DNA of 64,000 nucleotides, from assembly GCF_055900595.2 (NCBI RefSeq), contig NZ_CM148325.1; one strand, written 5' to 3'. Each line of letters begins with the position of its first letter. Positions within the stretch are counted from its first letter, which is position 1. This document shows, piece after piece, positions 8,089 to 17,286 of the stretch. The position numbers were made by a program, and so were the translations under genes. The notes beneath the pieces are model-generated. The model had not been told where the DNA came from and searched no databases. It saw only the letters and a program-made list of their open reading frames with translations.

Positions 8089-9428
8089 TTATCGCGAACT
8101 CCCCACAGCTCCAGCTCCAGCCCTGGAAACTCTCCGGCGGTATGCATTGCCATACCACCATAGCGGGCGATATGTTCCCACAACACGCCGTCGCGGCGGA
8201 TGTCGTAATAGATGTAACCGGACTGGAACGGGATCTGACGCGGCGGCACCGGCAATACCTGTAAAGCAAGACCCGGCAGGTGCGAGCGAATCAGTTCCGG
8301 CAGGCGTTCTGACGGCCCTATTTTGGTCTGAGCCGAAAAATGTTGTAGTAAGGTGTCGGCGGACATCTGTGCCTTCACCGCCAATACTAACGAGCTGAAA
8401 TCTGACAGTTCGGTAGGTTCAACCACCGCATTGAGAATACCGTAAATTCCCTCTTCCAGAGGGATTCGCTGCGCCCCACGTATTAGCACAGCATTCAGCA
8501 GATACTGAACCTCGTCCACCACCGATTTCAGCCCGGCATAGGGCGTCAAATGCTTATATTCTTTATATTCTTCCGGACGGCGTGTTTGCGGGCGCACGTA
8601 GGTAGAGAGTTCTCCGGCAAGTGCGCAGAGGTTACGATACAGCACCTCAGGCGACAGCGGTGTTTTCGACATATGGATCAGTAAGGGGCCGAAACGATTA
8701 AGAACTTGCAGAAGCAGGTAATCAGACACTTCCGCCGCTTCATGACCGTGTTTGTCGCTCCCCGTCAATCGTTCCGCCAGTGAATTTGCACGCATTTTTA
8801 TCAGATCGTTAATCCACGATAGCCAGGTACATATCAGCGTACTGGCCTGGTAGTTCGCTACTGGCGGGATCAACTCTTTGTCTATATCGACCCGACCATC
8901 GGGATGCAGCGCCGTGATGCGTGTCAGCGGCAGGCCGATCCACGCGTCTGTCACCGCCTTTTCAGGTAACAGTCGCAAGCGCAGGTGGCTAAGTTGCAGT
9001 AGTTGCGCGCCTCGCCCCAGCGAATTGGCATCACGGATTTCACTTTCATGTACCGAAAAACGTGCCAGTGATTCAGGGTTATTGTCGAAACTGGTTTCTT
9101 CACTGTTCGGCGTGCGTATTGGCACAGCCAGATAAATCAACTGGTTAAGATGCTCAGGAAGGATGGTCAGAGGCGGCGGGAGTGGTGTGTGCCCCGGCGC
9201 ATTAAAAGGTGTACCGTCAGCAAATACCCCGGAAGCCTTCGTTAGTACCAGCTTTCCGATGTTCAGCGCCTCACTACCAATACCATACTCATTGAAGCCC
9301 CAGAAAAAAGGTGAAAGAGGCAAACTGCGATAATGAATGACATGTTCCAGATAGCGTTCCTGCTGCTGAAACATCTGTGGCAGCAAAAATTGTCCTTCAC
9401 TCCAGACCACCCGGTTATTCCAACTCAT
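8085..9428 (-). CDS. tssK: T6SS baseplate protein TssK
   Basis: 447-aa ORF, translationally coupled to tssJ upstream and tssL downstream; size and position typical of TssK. Confidence 0.8.
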   Translation of the reverse strand: MSWNNRVVWSEGQFLLPQMFQQQERYLEHVIHYRSLPLSPFFWGFNEYGIGSEALNIGKLVLTKASGVFADGTPFNAPGHTPLPPPLTILPEHLNQLIYLAVPIRTPNSEETSFDNNPESLARFSVHESEIRDANSLGRGAQLLQLSHLRLRLLPEKAVTDAWIGLPLTRITALHPDGRVDIDKELIPPVANYQASTLICTWLSWINDLIKMRANSLAERLTGSDKHGHEAAEVSDYLLLQVLNRFGPLLIHMSKTPLSPEVLYRNLCALAGELSTYVRPQTRRPEEYKEYKHLTPYAGLKSVVDEVQYLLNAVLIRGAQRIPLEEGIYGILNAVVEPTELSDFSSLVLAVKAQMSADTLLQHFSAQTKIGPSERLPELIRSHLPGLALQVLPVPPRQIPFQSGYIYYDIRRDGVLWEHIARYGGMAMHTAGEFPGLELELWGVRDK

Positions 9429-9431
9429 AAT

Positions 9432-9965
9432 TTACTCATCCCGTTCTTTAATCACTATGGCGCTTTGCTCTATGCCTGCATCCAGTTCGACTTTTTTCTT
9501 TGGCATAAAGCGGCTGTACCAACTTTTTTCCGGTGGATCAGGAATTTTATATGTAGCCCGCCAGACCGATTTTCCCAGATTGCGGTATCCGGCGAGGATC
9601 CCCAGCGTGGTGGTTTCCTTATTGAGGGAGCGGCGCAATTTTTTCTCCTCGCCCGGACGCAGAATAAAGCTGTCGCGGTGGAGTAAATCATCAGCAAGAA
9701 CAGCCTTGTCATTGTCCTGAAGGGACCACCAGTCCGCCGCCGTGAAAGCTGCATCATTTTTCAGTTCATAAACGCGTATCTCTATGGGCGCGGCTTTTTT
9801 CTGATTGTCAGGATTCACCTTATCGGAAGCCTTCATCACCAGATCGAGTCTTTGTGACATCAGGTCCGGCACGTCGTCGCTGTCAATGCTGCACCCGGAA
9901 AGCAGGCAGACAAAAGACAAAGCTACCGCACATAACCACCCACCGGGGTTACGCCATTTATTCAC
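9432..9965 (-). CDS. tssJ: T6SS outer-membrane lipoprotein TssJ
   Basis: Long ORF 9432-10091 trimmed to a GTG at 9965 that has an AAGGA Shine-Dalgarno upstream. This gives a lipoprotein signal peptide ending in the lipobox LLSGC. 4 nt before tssK. Confidence 0.7.
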   Translation of the reverse strand: MNKWRNPGGWLCAVALSFVCLLSGCSIDSDDVPDLMSQRLDLVMKASDKVNPDNQKKAAPIEIRVYELKNDAAFTAADWWSLQDNDKAVLADDLLHRDSFILRPGEEKKLRRSLNKETTTLGILAGYRNLGKSVWRATYKIPDPPEKSWYSRFMPKKKVELDAGIEQSAIVIKERDE

Positions 9966-9991
9966 TGTAATTTCCTTTAAAATCAAATGAT

Positions 9992-10021
9992 AAAAACCGG
10001 CCTGGCTATTTGCCGGGCCGG
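9992..10021 (-). terminator. Intrinsic terminator/attenuator hairpin immediately downstream of hcp
   Basis: Minus-strand reading gives CCGGCCCGGCAAATAGCCAGGCCGG followed by TTTTTATCATTT, i.e. a GC-rich stem then a U-tract, between the hcp stop and the tssJ start. Confidence 0.6.
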
Positions 10022-10032
10022 AAAAGTACCGC

Positions 10033-10518
10033 TTAAATTTCTTTATTGGCCTTGAAGTCGTAGCCTGCGGTGATGGTGCCGCCGCTGCCACCTTGCTGGT
10101 TTTGCACCACGTATTCCTGCTTCACGGTGCTGAAAGAGAGTTCGACTGTTTCACGGGAGGCAATTTCACCTTCTTTACTGCCGCTGGGCGATACAACCGC
10201 CACAATCAGGTCAGTGAAGGTATATTTGAGATATTCCAGCGGATTGCCGCCTGCTTTACGCATGGTCAGCACAGCTTTCGGAATGTGTTTGCCAGAGGCG
10301 CAGTACTTGAACAGGTTCGGACTGGCGCGATCGATATAGTGGTCAAAGTCCAGGTTAGTCACGGAGACTTTACCGGATCCCAGACCGCTGCCCGCGTGCA
10401 TGGTGGATTCCTGGTGGATATTCCAGCGCCAGCTCAGCACCTCAATTTCATTTTTATGTTTGTCATCCATTGACTCGCCGTCAATACCGTCAATTTTCAG
10501 AAAAATGTCATAAGCCAT
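10033..10518 (-). CDS. hcp: T6SS tube protein Hcp
   Basis: ORF 10033-10524; the second ATG (10518) has better Shine-Dalgarno spacing and gives MAYDIFLKIDGIDG..., about 161 aa, typical Hcp size and sequence character. Confidence 0.9.
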   Translation of the reverse strand: MAYDIFLKIDGIDGESMDDKHKNEIEVLSWRWNIHQESTMHAGSGLGSGKVSVTNLDFDHYIDRASPNLFKYCASGKHIPKAVLTMRKAGGNPLEYLKYTFTDLIVAVVSPSGSKEGEIASRETVELSFSTVKQEYVVQNQQGGSGGTITAGYDFKANKEI

Positions 10519-10753
10519 TTTCATTTCCTTATTTAGAATTACTTAAAAATAACCTCTGATTTATCTGTACATCTGGATACAGGTAAACCATTGCCGTACA
10601 GAACCCCCTCTCCTTAATTTCAGAAGAACAGAAGGCTGTATAATTTCCGGTACTGAAATACCGGGAAGATATTTATTTACCTTATAAATAAATCATCAAA
10701 ACAATAATTTTAGCCCTGCGTTTCTCACTCAATATATTCACAAAATAAATAAA

Positions 10754-12268
10754 TTAGGCATTACCCTGTTTTACTGACGGCAGTTTTGTGACCAGGCGCA
10801 GCGACCCCGTTAATCCCTCAAGCTGAAAATGCGGGCGCAGGAAGAATTTGGCATCGTAATAACCCGGATTACCTTCCACCTCTTCCACCACCACTTCGGC
10901 AGCTGCTAGTGGGCGACGAGCTTTGGTTTCCTGTGAGGAGTTCACCGGATCGGCATCGACGTAGTTCATGATCCACTCATTGAGCCAGCGCTGCATATCT
11001 TCGCGCTCTTTGAACGAGCCGATCTTGTCGCGCACGATGCATTTGAGGAAGTGTGCAAATCTTGAACAGGCGAACAAATAGGGCAACCGGGCGGAGAGAT
11101 TGGCGTTGGCCGTGGCGTCCGGATCGTAATAATCCTGCGGTTTTTGCAGCGACTGTGCGCCAATAAAGGCGGCATAATCAGAGTTTTTGCGGTGGATCAG
11201 CGGGATAAAACCGTTTTTGGCCAGTTCAGCTTCACGGCGATCAGAGATGGCAATTTCCGTCGGGCATTTCATGTCCACGCCGCCGTCATCGGTCGGGAAG
11301 GTATGACAGGGCAGATTTTCCACCGCGCCACCAGATTCCACACCACGGATCAACGTACACCAACCATAATGTTTGAAAGAACGGTTGATATTTACACCCA
11401 TCGCATAGGCGGCATTGCTCCAGACATATTTGCTGTGATCTGCGCCATCCGCATCTTCTTCAAAATCAAACTCATCGACAGGGTTTGTTTTCGCACCATA
11501 AGGCAAACGGGAGAGAAAACGTGGCATCGTCAGGCCAATGTAGCGAGAATCCTCACTTTTTCGCAGCGAGTTCCACGGTGCGTATTCGAGGTTTTGGGTC
11601 ACGATTTTGGTCAAATCACGCGGGTTAGCCAGTTCCTGCCAGGAGTCCATCTGCAACACTGACGGAGAGGCACCGGCAATAAACGGCGCATGGGCTGAGG
11701 CTGCTACTTTGGCAATGGAACCGAGCAGATCCACATCCGGTGGCGTGTGATCAAAATAATAATCCGCAATAATACAACCGTAAGGTTCTCCACCTAACTG
11801 TCCATATTCAGCTTCATACAGCTTTTTGAACATGGGGCTTTGATCCCAGGCTATCCCTTTGTAACGTTTCATATTTTTCCGCAATTCATCCTTCGAAAGG
11901 TTCATAAAGCGGATTTTTAATTTTTCATCGGTTTCAGTGTTGTAAACCAAATGTTCCATCCCACGCCAGGAGGACTCCAGTTTCTGAAATTCCGGATGAC
12001 TCAGGATGAGTTTGATCTGCTCGGTTAATTTGAAATCAATCTGCTCAATAATCGCAGCAATACTTTTATAAGCGTCGTCACTGACGGTGACGGTATTTGT
12101 CAGAGCCTGTTGGGCCAGCGTCTGAACTGCTGCCTCAACAGCCTTTGCTGCCTGAGGTGTCTTGGGACGGAAGGCTTTATCCAGGAGCGAATCAAATTCA
12201 GTGTCCTGATAGGCAGTGGTTTGCGCAGCAGAGAGATCGCCAGTCGCCAGAAGAGTATCGTTTACCAT
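10754..12268 (-). CDS. tssC: T6SS contractile sheath large subunit TssC
   Basis: 504-aa ORF immediately downstream of tssB; size and position of TssC (VipB). Confidence 0.9.
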   Translation of the reverse strand: MVNDTLLATGDLSAAQTTAYQDTEFDSLLDKAFRPKTPQAAKAVEAAVQTLAQQALTNTVTVSDDAYKSIAAIIEQIDFKLTEQIKLILSHPEFQKLESSWRGMEHLVYNTETDEKLKIRFMNLSKDELRKNMKRYKGIAWDQSPMFKKLYEAEYGQLGGEPYGCIIADYYFDHTPPDVDLLGSIAKVAASAHAPFIAGASPSVLQMDSWQELANPRDLTKIVTQNLEYAPWNSLRKSEDSRYIGLTMPRFLSRLPYGAKTNPVDEFDFEEDADGADHSKYVWSNAAYAMGVNINRSFKHYGWCTLIRGVESGGAVENLPCHTFPTDDGGVDMKCPTEIAISDRREAELAKNGFIPLIHRKNSDYAAFIGAQSLQKPQDYYDPDATANANLSARLPYLFACSRFAHFLKCIVRDKIGSFKEREDMQRWLNEWIMNYVDADPVNSSQETKARRPLAAAEVVVEEVEGNPGYYDAKFFLRPHFQLEGLTGSLRLVTKLPSVKQGNA

Positions 12269-12292
12269 GAAAGTTCCTTAATAAAATCGCAG

Positions 12293-12838
12293 TTAGTCTG
12301 CTGTTCCTGTTTCACCTGATAAGACACTTTCCTGTTGAGCGACAGGTTTTGGCGCACTGGCCAGAGCTTTCAGTAACGTAGGGTCTTGTAATAGTTTGTT
12401 GATAAGATTTTCTGCTCCCGCTTTACCATCCATATACGTTTGTAGGTTGGCAAGCTGAGTACGCGCTTCCAGCAGCTGGTTCAGGGCATCCACCTTACGG
12501 GCAATTTGCGCAGGCGAAAAATCGTCCATATTCTCCAGCGTGATATCGACCATTAACTGCCCTTCGCCCGTCAGCGTATTGGGGACAGCAAACGCCACGC
12601 GCGGCGCAATGGCTTTCATCCGCTCGTTGAAGTTATCGATATCAATATCAAGGAATTTACGATCGGTGACCGGTGGCAGCTCTTCGCGTGGTTTACCGGC
12701 CAGATCGGCCAGCACTGCCATGACAAACGGTAGTTCGATTTTTTTCTCGGAGCCATAAATCTCAACGTCATACTCAATCTGCACGCGGGGCGCGCGGTTG
12801 CGGGCAATAAACTTCTGCGCGCTGTTGTTGATAGCCAT
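12293..12838 (-). CDS. tssB: T6SS contractile sheath small subunit TssB
   Basis: 181-aa ORF directly upstream of tssC; size and position of TssB (VipA). Confidence 0.9.
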   Translation of the reverse strand: MAINNSAQKFIARNRAPRVQIEYDVEIYGSEKKIELPFVMAVLADLAGKPREELPPVTDRKFLDIDIDNFNERMKAIAPRVAFAVPNTLTGEGQLMVDITLENMDDFSPAQIARKVDALNQLLEARTQLANLQTYMDGKAGAENLINKLLQDPTLLKALASAPKPVAQQESVLSGETGTAD

Positions 12839-12899
12839 AATCCTTCATTTCCTTATCAGTGAGCCGACGACCACCAGGGGAGCGGTTCGACGGTACAGT

Positions 12900-13190
12900 T
12901 TAAAAATCATACGCAGAGAGTATTTTTATAATCTCTTTGTTTTCTTTGTACTTTTCCCGCAGCACAGGGAGTGATTTCTTCGCTGGAGGACACCAGGTAT
13001 CAACCCCCTTTTCGATGTCTCTTTTATCCTTCTCTGGTAAAGAACTGTCCCATTCACCAGCAAGATGCTGGCACATTTCCGCATTACTCAGAAAATGCTG
13101 CACATCCTGTGGTAAAGACGGTTCCCCCTGAACACTGAAAGCGAACATCATTAACAGGAATGTCCACAACACCGGATAACGAAATGTCAT
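12900..13190 (-). CDS. Hypothetical small secreted protein (signal peptide) between clpV and tssB
   Basis: 96-aa ORF with N-terminal signal-peptide-like segment MTFRYPVLWTFLLMMFAFSVQG followed by a charged C-terminal region. AT-rich. No known family recognised. Confidence 0.35.
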   Translation of the reverse strand: MTFRYPVLWTFLLMMFAFSVQGEPSLPQDVQHFLSNAEMCQHLAGEWDSSLPEKDKRDIEKGVDTWCPPAKKSLPVLREKYKENKEIIKILSAYDF

Positions 13191-13408
13191 ACTTAATGTC
13201 CATCAATTGACCAGTGCATGAGATATGCTCTGGCGGGAGGGCGATATGTTGCAGAGATACTGCCCCTTGCACGCGCATTACCAAGCGCGCGCAAAAAATT
13301 TTCTACCGATGCACGAAAAGTCCCCTGCAAATCATTAGTGGAAGAACTTACAGGAAAGCGACTGACCCACATTGCGCCACTTAATTCTTTTGCCATAAGG
13401 ATGCTCCA

Positions 13409-16042
13409 TTAATCCGTTTCAAAAATAATCTGTTCATCCTCATCAACACGAATGCGGATTTGCGTGATGGCCGTTTTCTCTGTCATCGCCTGCAACCAAT
13501 AACGGGACAGTTGTGGGAGGATATGTTGTTCGATATAGCCGATGAGCAAACGAGCGCCGGTTTCGTGCATCGGGCAGCGCGACACAATATGCGTAATCAG
13601 TTCATCGCCATACACCAGTGAAACGCCATGCTGCTCCGCCATCCGAGCCATCAATCTGCCAAGATGCAGGCGGGCAATAACACCACGCGCGGTCTCATCC
13701 AGCGGTAAATAAGGAATAACCGTCACACGCCCCAGGAAAGCCGCCGGGAAGTGTTTACGTAACTCCGGCATTAACGCCTCTTTTAGTCCTGCCGAATCAG
13801 GCATCAGCGCCGGATCCTCACAGAGCTGGCTGATAAGTTCCGCCCCCGCGTTAGTAGTCAACAACAGCGTGGTATTTTTGAAATCGATGTGGACACCTTC
13901 GCCGTCCTCCATCGCGCCTTTATCGAATACCTGGTAGAACAACTCGTGGACGTCGTGATGGGCTTTTTCAATTTCATCCAACAGCACTACACTCCAGGGG
14001 TGACGGCGTACGGCTTCCGTCAACACACCGCCTTCGCCATAGCCGACGTAGCCGGGCGGCGCGCCTTTCAGCGTGGAGACGGTGTGAGACTCCTGAAACT
14101 CGCTCATGTTGATGGTGATCAGGTTCTGCTCACCGCCGTAAATAGATTCCGCCAGCGCCAGCGCGGTCTCGGTCTTGCCGACACCGGACGGCCCGGCCAG
14201 CAGAAAGACGCCCATCGGTTTACGCGGGTCGCCTAACCCCGCCCGCGCGGTCTGAATACGCTCGCCAATCTGCGCCAGCGCATCCATCTGCCCGGTAACA
14301 CGCTGCGCCAAACGGGTGGGCAATTCCAGTATCTGACTGGCTTCATCTTTCACCATCCGTCCGGCGGGAATACCGGTCCAGTCAGAGACAATCTCTGCCA
14401 CCACGGTTGCACTGACTTCCGGGTACACGACGGGGTTTTCACCCTGCCAGCCTCTTAATGCCGTTTCTGCCTGTTGTAGAGTGATTTCGTCGCGCTCGCC
14501 AGGCGCTGCGCCGCGTTGCTCCTGTAAACTGCGAACCAACTCCAGTTCCTGCTGCCACCGCGCTTCGGTGTCAGAAAGATCGGCATTAAGCGATATAATC
14601 CGCGCCGTCAGTACATCGCCCCGCTCCGAGCGGATACCCATTTTTTCCTGCTTTAATAACAACTCCTGCTCCAGTTCGGCAGCGTTGAGCTGCTGGCGCA
14701 GATACTGGACTCTCGCAGGCGGGGTATGCAGCGACAGCGCTACACGGGCCGCCGCCGTATCCAGCAGGCTGATGGCCTTATCCGGTAGTTGCCGGGCCGG
14801 AATGTAACGGTGAGAAAGCTGTACGGCGGCACGCACGGCCTCATCAAGGATCAGCACGTCATGGTGTTTTTCAAGCGTGGTGACTAACCCGCGTACCATC
14901 TCAACAGCCGCAACCTCTTCCGGCTCAGCAACCTGCAATACCTGAAAACGCCGGGTCAGCGCCGGATCCTTTTCGATATGGCGTTTGTACTCGCTCCAGG
15001 TGGTTGCGCCGATGGTGCGCAGGGTGCCACGCGCCAGCGCCGGTTTCAGCAGGTTGGCAGCATCCCCCGTACCGGATGTACCACCAGCGCCCACCAGCGT
15101 GTGAACTTCATCAACAAAAAGGATCACCGGCTGCGGCGAGCGCGCGGCCTCTTCCAGCAACGCTTTCAGGCGGGATTCAAATTCACCCTTCATGGAGGCC
15201 CCAGCCAGCAGCGCTCCAACATCCAGTGACAGCAATCGCACGTTACGCAGTGACGGCGGTACTTCCCCCCCGGCAATCGCCAGCGCGAATCCTTCCACCA
15301 CTGCCGTTTTCCCGACCCCCGCTTCGCCGGTCAGTAGCGGGTTGTTCTGGCGACGGCGCAGCAGAATATCCGTCATAGTACGGATCTCGTGTTCGCGACC
15401 GGTGACCGGATCGATATTGCCTTCACGGGCCAGCGCAGTCATGTCCTGGCAGTATTTCGCCAGCGCGGATTTGCTTCCGGTTGATTCGCCGGCAAAGACC
15501 TGGCTAGCTTCCCCCGGTACTGCAGAATTTAAATCCGAGCCGTCATAAGGCATTTCTGTTAATTCAGGAGATGAAGTGATTAAAGACGGAAGAATATCTA
15601 ATAGTTCATCTACCGGTAGCTCTGCCAATGGCGCACAAATATTTTTTAACACCCGACACAATTCTGGCGTGGTTAACCAGGCAAGTAATAACCATCCACT
15701 ACGAATTTTTTGATCGCCAAAGCGGATACTTGCTAACATCCAGGCTTTTTCAACTGAAAGATCGATATGATGGGAAAAATCGTTAATTACACTCGCTCCG
15801 GCAGGCAATATATTCAATTGCTGAATTAACGCCTTCTCAACATCAGCAGATGTTATTTGATAATGTCGAAGCACATTGTGAATGTCATTCTCTGGTTGTT
15901 GTATTAACTGATGCAACCAATGCGTCAGTTCGACATAAGGGTTAGCGCGTAATTTACAGAACGTCGTCGCAGATTCCAAAGATCTAAACAAAGATTTGGT
16001 TAGCTTTCCATACAGTGCACTGCGCGAAACAGGAGTGTCCAT
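13409..16042 (-). CDS. clpV: T6SS AAA+ ATPase ClpV (TssH)
   Basis: 877-aa ORF with two AAA+ modules: Walker A GEAGVGKTA and GPSGVGKTE, Walker B DEVH and DEIEKAH; ClpB-like but located in the T6SS cluster. Confidence 0.93.
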   Translation of the reverse strand: MDTPVSRSALYGKLTKSLFRSLESATTFCKLRANPYVELTHWLHQLIQQPENDIHNVLRHYQITSADVEKALIQQLNILPAGASVINDFSHHIDLSVEKAWMLASIRFGDQKIRSGWLLLAWLTTPELCRVLKNICAPLAELPVDELLDILPSLITSSPELTEMPYDGSDLNSAVPGEASQVFAGESTGSKSALAKYCQDMTALAREGNIDPVTGREHEIRTMTDILLRRRQNNPLLTGEAGVGKTAVVEGFALAIAGGEVPPSLRNVRLLSLDVGALLAGASMKGEFESRLKALLEEAARSPQPVILFVDEVHTLVGAGGTSGTGDAANLLKPALARGTLRTIGATTWSEYKRHIEKDPALTRRFQVLQVAEPEEVAAVEMVRGLVTTLEKHHDVLILDEAVRAAVQLSHRYIPARQLPDKAISLLDTAAARVALSLHTPPARVQYLRQQLNAAELEQELLLKQEKMGIRSERGDVLTARIISLNADLSDTEARWQQELELVRSLQEQRGAAPGERDEITLQQAETALRGWQGENPVVYPEVSATVVAEIVSDWTGIPAGRMVKDEASQILELPTRLAQRVTGQMDALAQIGERIQTARAGLGDPRKPMGVFLLAGPSGVGKTETALALAESIYGGEQNLITINMSEFQESHTVSTLKGAPPGYVGYGEGGVLTEAVRRHPWSVVLLDEIEKAHHDVHELFYQVFDKGAMEDGEGVHIDFKNTTLLLTTNAGAELISQLCEDPALMPDSAGLKEALMPELRKHFPAAFLGRVTVIPYLPLDETARGVIARLHLGRLMARMAEQHGVSLVYGDELITHIVSRCPMHETGARLLIGYIEQHILPQLSRYWLQAMTEKTAITQIRIRVDEDEQIIFETD

Positions 16043-16374
16043 CTGTTACACCTAATGATGTAATAACATATAAATGATACATAAAAATAACTGTATCGAT
16101 TAAAACTTCTAATTAATAGAATTATCAAAAAGGCAGAATAAAACAATGATGCATATCACAGAACACAATGTAATATAGCAGGTAGTATCTTTTTCATGGT
16201 GATATTCAATAGAGCAAGCCAATTTCATACGCACCGTGAATATATTAAATTGTAAATCGCCACTATATATTTCCGTGAAAACTTATATTGATAAAGTAAA
16301 TTGATCAGCTTTGCTTATCTAAAAATTTAGAAAACTTATTCTTTTGAAAGAAACACTCTACACAGTGATACGCA
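16043..16374. promoter_or_regulatory. AT-rich divergent control region between the clpV operon and the fha-like/tssE-F-G-A operon
   Basis: About 330 bp of strongly AT-rich non-coding sequence flanked by divergently oriented start codons. Individual promoter elements not resolved. Confidence 0.5.
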
Positions 16375-17286
16375 ATGAAACCAAATATTACGTGGGAACT
16401 CCAAAAAATACAGGCGCATGGGATCGCCGATAACACAATTTACGCGACTGAAGGAACACAAATTATCTTCACCGTTACCTCTCCCTGGATTCCTGTTTTT
16501 GATGTGAATGATGATGTAAAGATTGCGCTCAGACTGACCCGCCACGAAGAAGCATGGTGGATTATCAATCAGTCTACCGAATATTGCTGTACGGTAAACG
16601 ACCAGATTGTGGAACCTCATCACCGTATGCGTCTGAATGAAGGCGACCTGATAGAATGGGGATTATCTTCATGGTGCCTTGTGCATGGCAATCCATCATC
16701 TCCGAACCTAAGCGCAGTAAAGACATCGCAGACTGCCACCACGTCGGAAACAATAACCGAATATCTGGATCTGGATTGGTTCAGGCAGCAGCATCTGACA
16801 TCACAAAATCCATTCGATATCATTCCTGTTCATGGAGCCTCCTCCACCGGAGAAGATGCGGAAAAAGAAAATGCCCTGACCCGACTTTATCAGGAATACC
16901 GCGAAGCGTTGTTATCTCCCGAACAAGATCTTCATCGCCATGCTGATCCTTTTCCCTTTAACGAAGAACCCTCCTCGCAGGATCTGGATTCATTGCGTGA
17001 CCTGGTCACCGAAGCCGAGACATTGCAGGATATGGTCACTGGCGGGTTAAGCATTGACGCTATTCTCAATGTACTGGATGCCACCGGCGAAGATGAAACT
17101 ATCTGGCCTGTCGAAAACACTCCCCCTGACATCCTGCATTTACTTTCCCCGGAATACGCCCCGGAAACAGCGCATAACACCGTTCTGCCCGACCTGACAC
17201 GCAAAGAGCATCGCATCATTGGCATTGACAGCCATTACCGGATAAACCCGGCACAACACGGAGATACCTCTCATGATAAACAATAA
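16375..17286 (+). CDS. T6SS-associated hypothetical protein, possibly degenerate FHA-domain (TagH/Fha-like); SciA position
   Basis: 303-aa ORF, first gene of the plus operon. N-terminal region has weak FHA-like character (RLNEGDLIEWG); acidic/proline-rich C-terminal half. Assignment is weak. Confidence 0.3.
   Translation: MKPNITWELQKIQAHGIADNTIYATEGTQIIFTVTSPWIPVFDVNDDVKIALRLTRHEEAWWIINQSTEYCCTVNDQIVEPHHRMRLNEGDLIEWGLSSWCLVHGNPSSPNLSAVKTSQTATTSETITEYLDLDWFRQQHLTSQNPFDIIPVHGASSTGEDAEKENALTRLYQEYREALLSPEQDLHRHADPFPFNEEPSSQDLDSLRDLVTEAETLQDMVTGGLSIDAILNVLDATGEDETIWPVENTPPDILHLLSPEYAPETAHNTVLPDLTRKEHRIIGIDSHYRINPAQHGDTSHDKQ

Noticed and set aside
13193-13396. 67-aa minus-strand ORF (MAKELSGAMW...) in the clpV-tssB gap
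   Set aside because: No convincing ribosome-binding site or domain features; low-complexity Ala/Arg/Ser composition typical of a chance ORF. The region is more likely promoter/leader sequence.
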